Of a stretch of DNA of 32,000 nt, positions 1 to 10,122 are shown piece by piece. The notes beneath the pieces are model-generated. The model ran no database searches, had not been told where the DNA came from, and worked only from the letters and a program-made list of their open reading frames with translations. How positions within the stretch are numbered: the stretch's first letter is position 1; every line of letters starts with the position of its first letter. The position numbers and the translations under genes are program-made. Source of the stretch: Fastidiosibacter lacustris. GTDB lineage: Bacteria > Pseudomonadota > Gammaproteobacteria > Francisellales > Francisellaceae. Location of the stretch: assembly GCF_003428155.1 (NCBI RefSeq), contig NZ_QLIR01000003.1, positions 116,549 to 148,548 of the forward strand, in the 5' to 3' direction.

Positions 1-1445
1 CCTTTTTCTTTAGCATATTTTTCACTGGCTATCCCTTGTAAAAGAACAGCAAACTCAGCAGCCTTACTAACGGATTGAAGTTGTGCAGCAAGACCTGCAA
101 TCATGCCTGTAAGTAAATCACCTGAGCCAGCAGTTGCTAAAATAGGATGTCCATAACGGCAAAGCTTAAGTTTATTCTCAGTGTAGAGTAAAGTTCCAGC
201 ACCTTTTAGCAAGACTTGTGTATGATAATGATCCGCCAGTGTTTTGGTTAATTCAATACGGTTATTACGAACTATGCTTGCAGTTGTATTTAATATTCTT
301 GCTGCTTCGCCTTCGTGTGGTGTAATGAGCAGTTGATCTTGATTACATCGAAGTTGAATTGATTTCAAGAAATCTAATGCACCGGCATCTATAATCATAG
401 TTTTATTAAACTTAAGTGCTTCAGTGATAATACGTTGTGACCAAGGCATAGATTCAACCATGCCTGGACCAATTACAAGAACATCTAATTTATTTATTAG
501 CATTTCAACGTCCCTGAATTGCTCAACTCCATAACACATAATCTCAGGTTGATTCAGGTTGATAAAAGTGGCATGCTCTTTATGAGTAAATAAACTTACA
601 CGTCCTGCACCTATGATTAATGCGGCAGTTGCAGTCATAATAGCAGCACCAGACATCCCTTTATCACCTGCAATGATACCAACGTTTCCTTTGTCATTTT
701 TGTTAATAGTTTTGCATTTGAGTAATTGAGAAATATAGCTTTTTAGATCACTATGGTCTAATAGAGTTGCTTGCGGTTGAAGGCTAGAATCAAACATATC
801 CTCACTAACAAGTGGAGCATAAATGAGATTACCGACATAATCAGGAGCTTCCCCTGTATAGAGTCCTATTTTGTTGCAGACAAAGCTTACGGTTGTATTG
901 GCCTTGATGGCGCAACTAAATAACTTACCAGTCGAAGCGCACACCCCTGATGGGACATCAACACTTAAGGTATAACGACTGTGAGCATTAATCGTTTTAA
1001 CAATTGTACTGAGATAACCACTGATATCACGATTAATGCCAGTGCCAAAAAGCGCGTCAACCACAACATTTGCTTGTTTAATCGCTTCTTCAAAAAGATC
1101 ATGATCAACATAAGATAACAATTTTATATCAATGCCTAAACTTTTTGCATGCTTCAACATATATTGGGTATCTGGGGTTAATCGATCATCATCAATAGTA
1201 GTGAATATACGTGTGTCAATATTGGCCATATGTGTAAGCGCTGCAATCATAAAGCCATCTCCTGCATTATTACCATAACCTGCAATCACAACAATGCGTT
1301 GAGGACATTGCTTTTGAATTTCATTAAAACAAGCAAAAGCAGCTTTAGCCATAAGATCTAGACTGTTAATGCTTTTATTATGAATAAGATATTGATCTAT
1401 ATCATAAGCTTGTTTGGCACTATAGAGACTTTTAAAATGAGTCAT
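1..1445 (-). CDS. nnrD/nnrE: Bifunctional ADP-dependent NAD(P)H-hydrate dehydratase / NAD(P)H-hydrate epimerase (NnrD/NnrE, YjeF-like); 3' end outside the window
   Basis: Manual translation of the minus strand: N-terminus MTHFKSLYSAKQAYDIDQYLI...QRIVVIAGYGNNAGDGFMIAA (YjeF_N-like GxGNNxGDG). Distal part has AGSGD(V/L)LTGM-like carbohydrate-kinase domain ending ...AEFAVLLQGIASEKYAKEK at the window edge. Confidence 0.85.
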   Translation of the reverse strand, partial: MTHFKSLYSAKQAYDIDQYLIHNKSINSLDLMAKAAFACFNEIQKQCPQRIVVIAGYGNNAGDGFMIAALTHMANIDTRIFTTIDDDRLTPDTQYMLKHAKSLGIDIKLLSYVDHDLFEEAIKQANVVVDALFGTGINRDISGYLSTIVKTINAHSRYTLSVDVPSGVCASTGKLFSCAIKANTTVSFVCNKIGLYTGEAPDYVGNLIYAPLVSEDMFDSSLQPQATLLDHSDLKSYISQLLKCKTINKNDKGNVGIIAGDKGMSGAAIMTATAALIIGAGRVSLFTHKEHATFINLNQPEIMCYGVEQFRDVEMLINKLDVLVIGPGMVESMPWSQRIITEALKFNKTMIIDAGALDFLKSIQLRCNQDQLLITPHEGEAARILNTTASIVRNNRIELTKTLADHYHTQVLLKGAGTLLYTENKLKLCRYGHPILATAGSGDLLTGMIAGLAAQLQSVSKAAEFAVLLQGIASEKYAKEK

Positions 1446-1569
1446 GATTTTTTGTTGATTCAATAAATTTGTGTGATAAGCATATTTTTTATAAAGCAAA
1501 AGTGCAATAGGGCAGCAGTGGTTGTCGTGTCAGAATGGTACTCATAACGAATCTAACAGTTCGATTTAT

Positions 1570-2166
1570 TCATGAGCTTGACTTTTTTAAAGCATACAGT
1601 TGAATAATTAAATCAGAAAGCTTAGAAAGTTCTTTGTTACGTTGATCTAAAGACAAATTCTCAAAATCACATTCATCATCAAAGCCTAATATTTCATCAA
1701 TAACAGATTCAATTTGTGGATTTAAGTGCCATGCAGCTTCAAAATACTCAAAGCCACGTTCAAACCCATCTAGCCAAAGGTCAATCGCAGGCATGGCTTG
1801 ACCTTTGTACATTTTATGATAAACGAATGGTTCAAAGTCAACAAGTTCATTGTCAAAACAGTGCTTAAGTGTATCGTAGTGTTGAGCAATACCTTCAAGC
1901 AATTTAGTTTGCTCTGCTGGGTCTTTGAAATGTGGCAAGGAACCTTCTTGCCAAACACCTTCTAACCAATCTTGCTCATCTATAAACTCAGGGCATAGTA
2001 ATACTGCAGTTAAATATCCATCTAACATGGATAATGAAAAAATATGCTCATCACCAGTGAAGTTTTGTTCTGGTTCAGGATACAGGTTTAATAGTAATTC
2101 ATCAAATTCATTGATTTTCTTAAGATCGAGTTTTAAGGGTCGTTTTTTATCAGCTTTAGGGCTCAT
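1570..2166 (-). CDS. UPF0149/YecA (YgfB-like) family protein
   Basis: 198-aa ORF with SMLDGYLTAVLLCPEFIDEQDWLEGVW motif typical of UPF0149/YecA proteins and an acidic composition. Confidence 0.75.
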   Translation of the reverse strand: MSPKADKKRPLKLDLKKINEFDELLLNLYPEPEQNFTGDEHIFSLSMLDGYLTAVLLCPEFIDEQDWLEGVWQEGSLPHFKDPAEQTKLLEGIAQHYDTLKHCFDNELVDFEPFVYHKMYKGQAMPAIDLWLDGFERGFEYFEAAWHLNPQIESVIDEILGFDDECDFENLSLDQRNKELSKLSDLIIQLYALKKSSS

Positions 2167-2292
2167 ATATACTCCGTTTTTAGTATCATTTTTTTATATC
2201 CATGCTGAATTTATAACGCATGAGAGAACGTAATAAAGTTATTTTTAATTTAATAAGAGTGGGGTTAAAAGTAATAAATAGTATAAATGATT

Positions 2293-3612
2293 TTAAAAGA
2301 CTTTGAGAGAGCCTAACATGATTAAAAAACAACAAATGGTAATAATTAAAGACATTGGCGTGATTTGGCTGCGATCTTGGATCATGGTGATAATAAACCA
2401 TGTTACCATCCCCCAAACGATGCCTTCTGAAATTGATAGCGTAAGTGGCATCAAAATAATAGTCATAAATGCAGGAATGGCATGGGATGTATCATCCCAT
2501 TGAATTTGCTTAACGGAGGATAACATAAAACTTCCCACAATAACTAAAGCAGGTGCGACAACGTACATTGGGACCATCATTACAATGGGTGCTAAAAACA
2601 AAAAGGGTAAAAACAATATTCCGACGATAACTGCTACTAAGCCAGTACGCCCACCAACGGAGATACCCGTCACAGATTCAACGTAAATCGAAGTAGGGGA
2701 GCTGCCCATGAGGCCAGAGCTTGCTGATGCAAATGAGTCTACGATAAGGGATTGTTTGATACGAATCGGTTGACCATCTTTATCAAACCAATTAGAAGAT
2801 TGTGCAAGACCGATTAAGGTGCCAGTGCTATCAAAAATATTGATAAATAGAAAAGTAAAAATTGCAGGAAGAGCAGCTACTTTTAGGCTACCTGACCAAT
2901 CAATTGCAAAAAAGAGTGAAAAATCTGGCCATGATACAATATCGTTTGGTAAGTGCATGATGATGTTATCACCAAATATGCGTCCAACTGGAAAAGCTAA
3001 TATGCAACCCAATACAATCATCAATAAAATAGCAGCTTTAATGCGTAGCGCTAGAAAAATGGTAAGCGCAAAAAAACAAATCAAAAATATAAGCGTTTCT
3101 GCTGTTAATGGTGCGATTGCCAACAAACCAGATGGTGCTTGGTATATAACACCAGCATTATAAAAGCCAACCAAAGCAATAAAAATACCAATTCCTGCAC
3201 CAATACCATGCTTTACACCATCAGGGATGCCAGCCAGAATTTTAGTACGAACATTGAAAATAGCTAAAAGTGCAAATAGTACACCTGACCAAAAAACCGC
3301 ACCCAGTGCAACTTGCCAAGGAATCTCCCAAGCTTTAACGATAGTGTACGTAAAAAAGACATTCATTCCCATTGCTGGTGCTAAAGCATAAGGGTTTCTG
3401 GCATAAACTCCCATAGCAATCGAGGCAAAGGCTGAAATAATCACTGTACTTGTCACAAGTGCACTTTCTGGCATTCCAGTTTGTGAGAGAATTTTCGCAT
3501 TAACAACAATAATATACAGCGTCGCCAAAAAGGTGGTTAAACCTGCAATAAGTTCAGTGCGTAAAGATGTATTATATTTAGAAAATTGAAAGTAATTTTG
3601 TAAAAAATTCAT
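2293..3612 (-). CDS. NCS2 family purine (guanine/hypoxanthine/adenine) permease
   Basis: 439 aa, multi-TM. Contains RTELIAGLTTFLATLYIIVVN, NPYALAPAMGMNVFFTYTIVKAWEIPWQVALGAVFWSG, FLFINIFDSTGTLIGLAQ and SSPTSIYVESVTGISVGGRTGL motifs of the AzgA/GhxP/AdeP subgroup. Confidence 0.92.
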   Translation of the reverse strand: MNFLQNYFQFSKYNTSLRTELIAGLTTFLATLYIIVVNAKILSQTGMPESALVTSTVIISAFASIAMGVYARNPYALAPAMGMNVFFTYTIVKAWEIPWQVALGAVFWSGVLFALLAIFNVRTKILAGIPDGVKHGIGAGIGIFIALVGFYNAGVIYQAPSGLLAIAPLTAETLIFLICFFALTIFLALRIKAAILLMIVLGCILAFPVGRIFGDNIIMHLPNDIVSWPDFSLFFAIDWSGSLKVAALPAIFTFLFINIFDSTGTLIGLAQSSNWFDKDGQPIRIKQSLIVDSFASASSGLMGSSPTSIYVESVTGISVGGRTGLVAVIVGILFLPFLFLAPIVMMVPMYVVAPALVIVGSFMLSSVKQIQWDDTSHAIPAFMTIILMPLTLSISEGIVWGMVTWFIITMIQDRSQITPMSLIITICCFLIMLGSLKVF

Positions 3613-3803
3613 AATTATTGAGTAAACCTTATTACCTTTGAGACATTCCAGCGCGGTATTGTATCATGAAATAAAAAACATACTAGTGTACCTAAATCCT
3701 AAACCTGCTTACAATATGCTGATTTACTTTGATTCTCATAATATATATTATGTTAAATTAATACCTAATAAAGATAAAAGATAAATTTTATCTCCTAACA
3801 ACT

Positions 3804-3836
3804 AAAAAAACACATATCTGGTTTTTCCCAGATGTG
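3804..3836 (-). terminator. Rho-independent terminator-like hairpin downstream of the NAD-GDH gene
   Basis: Minus strand reads CACATCTGG-GAAAAA-CCAGATATGTG-TTTTTTT: a stem with a 2-nt bulge followed by a T tract. Confidence 0.55.
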
Positions 3837-3903
3837 AGACTCAGACAAAAAATGAAAAAACTCCTTTCCGTAGAGCTCATTTCTGTTTTATCTTGTCTCT
3901 GTT

Positions 3904-6900
3904 TCACCTTGCGCGAGCAAGGTCATCTAAACTTCTAAAAGCAATATTTACGGATTCAAGGTTAGGCTCATCGGCACGCATATCTTCAATTAAACCTAAC
4001 CAGCGTGCAATGTAGCTTTTATTAAGGTCAAGCCAATACTGTATTTTTGCTTCAACACCTTCAATATCTAGACATAGCTCAATCACGCGCTTAACAAGGC
4101 GATATTGTAATTTATCTAAGTCATCCCTTAATGCTGAAGTTGAAAGCGTACCCCAATACGATTGTTTACTACCTAAGTTATTAATACATCCCCTAAACCA
4201 TGACAACCATAATTTTTGATTCAACAAAATAGAAATTTCTTCAAATAGCTTCTCATCTTGAATTACTTCAATTGCCGCAGTTAAATCCATTACCGAGGTT
4301 GCCATTTTAAATGACAAGACACTATCAATGATATCTTGTGGTACGCCTGCTTCTAACAACGCAGCAGATTTACGCTCAATACGTTGTTTTTCAGATGAAA
4401 TAAGAAGCCTTGGGAAAACTTTTAACGATTCAGTTGCTGATATGGCATATTTTTCAATAGTTTGATTAATTGCAAAACCACGTGTCTCATTACGTAATAT
4501 CCAACGGCAATTTCGTCTAACAAATCTAAATAAGATTTGCAAACATTCTTGTTGGCTTTCGCTAGAAACTTTGCCATTTAGGTTTTCAACCTTTTGCCAT
4601 ATTTGATTCAAGCCAAAAATTTCAACAATCGCACAAAATGCCTTAATAATATCGGCAACAGAAGCACCAGTTTCATCATATAGTCTCTGAATAAAAGTAA
4701 CACCCATGTATAAAGTTACAGCATTGGTAATTTGAGTCGCGATAATCTCTCTTTTAAGCTTATGACTTTGCATTAAATTCACATACTTTTCGCGTAATAC
4801 TTTTGGAAATTCCCATAATAAAAAGAATGAAAAATAAGGGTCATCAGGCAAGTCTGACTTTAAGATTTGTTGTTTAATCATTGTTTTGGTGTATGCCATA
4901 ATCACAGCAAACTCAGGAGCAGTTAAGCTTTTACCAGATACAGCTCTTGTTTGTAATAACTTATCAGTTGGCAAATATTCAACTTCACGATCAAGTTGCA
5001 TTTTACGCTCAAGCTCACGCATCAAGCGTGCATAAGATTCAACAAAGTAGCGTTCCTGATATTTCAACTCATTAGCAATAGTCCTGTTTTGACTATAATT
5101 ATTTTCAAGCACCAACTTTGCTACATCATCAGACATTTCTGCCAATAACTTATTCCTACTTTGCATAGAAATATCACCACATTCGACTGCTGCATTAAGT
5201 AGAATTTTAATATTCACTTCGTGATCTGAACAATCAACTCCTGCGGCATTGTCTATCGCATCAGTGTTGATTGCACCACCTTTTAAGGCATATTCAATAC
5301 GACCTAATTGAGTAAAACCAAGATTCCCCCCCTCCCCCACTACTAAGCAGTTTAGATCACGACCATTAACACGTAATGAATCATTGGCTCGATCACCTAC
5401 ATCTTGATGACTTTCAGTATGCGCCTTAACGTAGGTACCAATTCCTCCATTCCATAGTAATTCAAAGTTTGCTTTAAGCAGAAGTTGAATTAATTTGTTT
5501 GGTTCAAGTTCATCAGCATCTGTTTGCAGTAAAGCTTTAATTTCATTGCTTAACTTAATACTTTTTACTAGACGACTAAATATCCCACCACCTTGTGAAA
5601 TAAGAGATTTATCATAATCTTCCCAAGTTGAGCGCGGCATATCAAATAACCGTTTTCTTTCTACATAACTAGAAGTTGCATCTGGATTAGGATCAATGAA
5701 AATATGCATGTGGTTGAAAGCAGCGATTAGGCGAATATGTTTAGACAATAGCATTCCATTACCAAACACATCCCCTGACATATCACCAATACCAACCACT
5801 GTAAAATCTTCGCTTTGGATATCTTTACCTTTTTCTCTAAAGTGACGTTTAACTGACTCCCATGCTCCACGCGCAGTAATTGCCATTTTCTTATGATCAT
5901 AGCCATTTGAACCACCTGAAGCAAACGCATCCCCTAGCCAAAAATCGTATTGAACAGCCACTTCATTAGCAATATCTGAAAAAGTCGCCGTACCTTTATC
6001 AGCTGCAACAACCAAATATGGATCATCTTCATCATAACAAATGACATTTTGTGGTTTGATAATTTCATTATTTTTAATATTATCAGTGATATCTAAAAGA
6101 GAACTAATAAACATTCTATAACAGCTTATAGCTTCCTCCATTACGGCATCACGCCCTAAGTGAACAGGTAATTTTTTAGGTAAAAATCCACCCTTTGCAC
6201 CAAGTGGGACAATAACAGCATTTTTAACTTGTTGTGCTTTAACTAAGCCTAATATTTCTGTGCGATAATCTTCTTTTCGATCCGACCAACGTAGTCCACC
6301 ACGAGCAACTTTTGCACCGCGTAAATGTATGCCTTCAACTCGTGGTGAATACATAAAAATTTCGAACATAGGTACAGGCTTTGGCATTTCTGAAATTTTT
6401 GCTGGAATGAGCTTGAAAGAAATATATTCTTTATATTCATTATTTGCAGTTTTTTGGTAGAAGTTTGTGCGTTGGGTTGCCTCAACGATTTCATATAAAC
6501 GGCGCAAGATCTTATCCTGATCTAAACTTGCAACGTTACTCAATTTATTTTTAATTGACTGACGATAAGCTTCTACTTTTTCTTGACGCATTTCTTTAGC
6601 ATATTCTGGGTTAAAACGTATATCAAATAATTTTATTATTTCTCGAATAATATCAGAGTATTCTATAAATGTGGTTTCAATATGCTGTTGACTAAAACGC
6701 ATACCAATTTGTACCACATAGCGTGTGTAGGTCCTTACTAAAGCAACTTCACGCCAATTTAAACCAGCATAAACGATTAAAGAGTTAAGGCGATCATTTT
6801 CTGTGATACCAATCCATATAACAGCAAAGGCTTCTTTTAATAATTCACTTACTTCCATAATATCAACTGGTTTAGTAGTGGTTAAACCAAAATCAGATAA

Positions 6901-8781
6901 CCATATAAATCCACCTGACTTTGGGCTAATTTTATATGGACGCTCCTCCGATACGCAAAGACCAAAATTTTCTAAAATTGGCATCACTTGGCTTAACTGA
7001 ATAATTTCATCACGTAAAAAAACTTTAAAATGTAATCTATTGCTGCTTTCTTCTAGAACCTGGTATAAGCACATTGATAGTCGATTTTTATGCGAGGTTT
7101 CAAAATGAATAACATCAGAAACTGCTTTACGTGGAATGTAATCATCTTTATATGCTGAAGAAAAAGCATGTCCATATTCTTGGAAATAATAACGACCTTT
7201 ATTTTCGCCATACTCTTCAATTAATTCATCAAAAAGGTAATCGCTCCATTGGCGCTCAGCTGTTTTAATTTGTTCTTCTAACAGCTCAAAATCAATATTT
7301 TCAAAGGCTGAATTACCATCTAAGTAAACTGTAAAGTCAATACGGCATAGAACACTTTCTAAGAAGTTTGTTTTAAACACAATGCGGTTACCATTGAAAG
7401 TTTTTAGCAATATCTTTTCGGCGCGTTCACGCACATCGGAATTGTAACGATCCCTCGGCATATAAAGCATACAAAAATAATAACGACTAAATTGGTCCTT
7501 ACGTACGAACAACTTTATTATTTGGCGCTCACGAATATGATAAATTCCAAGAGCAGTATTAAAGAGTTCTTCATCAGAGCTTAAAAAGAGCTCATCACGT
7601 GGATAAGTGTCAATAATATTACTTAGTGCTTTATAGGCATGACCAAACTTTCTAAAGCCTGATTGCTTTAATACCATTTCTTTGCGTAAGCGTAAAAATG
7701 GGATATGTTGTGGTGATGAATGATAGGCAGTTGATGTATACAAACCTAACAAACGTTTATAGCCAATAATTTCACTTTTATCATCATAAATAGCAACAGA
7801 AACAACATCCATATAAGCTTGACGATGAATTGGAGAAATCTGATCTGACTTAGCAACAGTTAAAATTGCATCTACATTTGTACTAATATTTAAACTTTTT
7901 TCATGAATATCATTGAGTGCAGTAATATAGTCATCATTCACTGAGAATAATCCTAAGACACAATCTTTTTGTGCTGTAAAAACCTTCCCGTGTTTAGTTT
8001 TTTTTGCCGCAAATGCACAATAACCTAAAAAGATAAAATGGTCTTTTTTTAAGAATTCTAGAAAGTCAATTGCCTCATTATAATAGTTTTTAGCAATTTT
8101 ATTTTTCGGACGTTGGACATCTTGAATCATGGTTTGTAATTCGTTTTTCATTGGTTCGAAATCACGAATAACTGCTTGTAGCTTTTTATAGGTTTCTCTA
8201 ACATTTGCTTCAATAAGCTCAAAATTCTGGCGTTGATCGCTCTGACGATCAATTTCCATTATAACCAAGCATGATTTAGCAGTATCTAGCATTGAAACGT
8301 TATCTCCAATATTATCAACAAGCTCAGTAAGCTCACCTCTAGCATTGCGCTTTAAATCAATACCCCCAACATTCATCATAAAATGAATACCAATACCCAT
8401 AGAAGACATTAACATCATTAAGCTATCAACGATAAAAGGAGAATCATAACATGACATTTCTATGACTGTATGGTGTGATACCCAGCCATTTTGTTCATAT
8501 ACTGGATTGTAAACACGTACTAATAAATCATTATCACTGTTTTTGTAAATGTATTTCCAAAAAGATACGATAGAGCCGTATAAATCAAGAAGTTCGCGAC
8601 TGTACAATTCTTTTTCTGAAATCACTCGAATATATGCTTTTAAAAGTGACTCGAGATTCTTTGCATTTTGTACTGAAAATTTGTCCTTGAACATGCTTGT
8701 TAATTTTTCGATAAGCGCTTGCGTTCTCTCGTTGTAGTGCATTTTTAAACCTACTGTTTGTTTTGTTGACAAAAGACGCAA
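3904..8781 (-). CDS. Large NAD-specific glutamate dehydrogenase (GDH2/GdhB, ~180 kDa class)
   Basis: 1625 aa. Contains [50 protein letters not shown], ...[42 protein letters not shown] and [17 protein letters not shown], hallmarks of the giant NAD-GDH family. Confidence 0.97.
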   Translation of the reverse strand: [1625 protein letters not shown]

Positions 8782-8848
8782 GCATAATAAGCGAGTTTTG
8801 CCTGTCTCTCAATACCCTACTTTACTTTAGTTTAAACTTTTTAGTACC

Positions 8849-9709
8849 TTATAAAAGGTTAGGTTTTAAGGCGATAATAAGTGTATATTGCTGAGCATTA
8901 ATTTGATATTGAATTTCAATACCCTTTGTTTCTTTATACCAACTATTTAGATAACCTGGAGTACCTTCATTATCTATATTTCTCCAGGCGCCATTAATAA
9001 AATAGCGAATCTGAAAGTCTTCAACATTTCTGATCACTTCATCACTTTTGCTTTCCCCATCCACATTAAGCATGAGGCTTCTTACACCATTAAGTTCACG
9101 CAAATAGAAGATATAAACATGATATTGAGCTAAAAAACTATTGATTGCATAGGATCTTGCTGGACCTTGCTCAACAGAAACTAAGCTACCTGAGGCATTA
9201 GCTGTGGCTTTCATGACCTGATATCCTGCCTGATCGGCAAGTAATACAAAATCATTTTTTCCAATTGCTAAAGTTGTTGGAATAGGATTGTCACCTTGAT
9301 TAATTCCTGATGTGGTAAATTGACTGCTAACCATGCTTTGTAACATTAAGATATGTGTCCCTAATACCTGGTTAGGAGGATTATAGAAGTTTAATAAAGT
9401 TGCAGCATAGATAGGGGGATAAACTAGTGGATTAAAGCTTAAAGTACGCACATCAACTTGCTGCCAAGGCCAAATTCCAAAAGGTGAAAGTGAAGTTGCT
9501 TTATCTATAGTATTACGGATAACTTGTGAAACGAGATTTGCACGCGTATTATCCGTCATTTGTGTTACGGTACGCGTATAACTATTACGTACCGTAAAAT
9601 ACATTTCTGCTGCAATCACTAAAACAAAGGCACCCACAGAGATACCAATCAATACTTGAATAAGCGATGCTCCTTGTTGTTTTTTTAGTTTCTTTAGATA
9701 ACTAGCCAT
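8849..9709 (-). CDS. PilW-like type IV pilus minor pseudopilin
   Basis: 286 aa. Prepilin-type N-terminus KKQQG^ASLIQVLIGISVGAFVLVIAAEMYF, then GFQVKx-type layout with ...KNDFVLLADQAGYQVMKATA. Confidence 0.75.
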   Translation of the reverse strand: MASYLKKLKKQQGASLIQVLIGISVGAFVLVIAAEMYFTVRNSYTRTVTQMTDNTRANLVSQVIRNTIDKATSLSPFGIWPWQQVDVRTLSFNPLVYPPIYAATLLNFYNPPNQVLGTHILMLQSMVSSQFTTSGINQGDNPIPTTLAIGKNDFVLLADQAGYQVMKATANASGSLVSVEQGPARSYAINSFLAQYHVYIFYLRELNGVRSLMLNVDGESKSDEVIRNVEDFQIRYFINGAWRNIDNEGTPGYLNSWYKETKGIEIQYQINAQQYTLIIALKPNLL

Positions 9710-9721
9710 CCTGTGTGCTCC

Positions 9722-10036
9722 TTAAGGACTCACCGCATAAATTCTTTTTTGTTCAATATTTAACATGATGTTTCTACCAATTAATTCTGTAGCTGTTGTT
9801 GAAAAGTTAATGTTTCCTGTAGGCGAGAGATCCATGTTTTGACCTGTTATCCAGGACTCTTCAACTCGATTGTCAAGTAAAAATTCAATCTCAACTTGAC
9901 TGTTAGTACGATTGGCAACTATTGCTGAACGCAGCATTACGGTTATAAATGAATTGAAAACAAAGACTAAAATGGTAAGAGCAACGAGTGACTCAATTAA
10001 GCTAAATCCATTTTGTTTTTTTAATTCAATTTTCAT
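9722..10036 (-). CDS. PilV-like type IV pilus minor pseudopilin (short)
   Basis: 104 aa. KKQNG^FSLIESLVALTILVFVFNSFITVML is a class III prepilin peptidase signal; directly upstream of the PilW-like gene on the same strand. Confidence 0.75.
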   Translation of the reverse strand: MKIELKKQNGFSLIESLVALTILVFVFNSFITVMLRSAIVANRTNSQVEIEFLLDNRVEESWITGQNMDLSPTGNINFSTTATELIGRNIMLNIEQKRIYAVSP

Positions 10037-10122
10037 GGCTGAACCTTAAATACTGCTAGATTCTAAACTCAGTATAGATAGTACCATCTTTTTTAAAAGT
10101 TAATCACGGTACTTTTATAGTG

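Noticed and set aside
2186-2416. 76-aa minus-strand ORF between YecA and the NCS2 permease
   Set aside because: Overlaps the permease C-terminus out of frame; AT-rich sequence, no motif.
2303-2503. Plus-strand ORF inside the NCS2 permease
   Set aside because: Antisense shadow of a well-supported conserved CDS; no recognisable domain. The same applies to 2819..3163.
5727-6494. Minus-strand 67-aa and 81-aa ORFs plus plus-strand ORFs (6803..7000, 8549..8737) within the NAD-GDH gene
   Set aside because: Out-of-frame or antisense ORFs inside a 1625-aa conserved protein; translations show no motifs.
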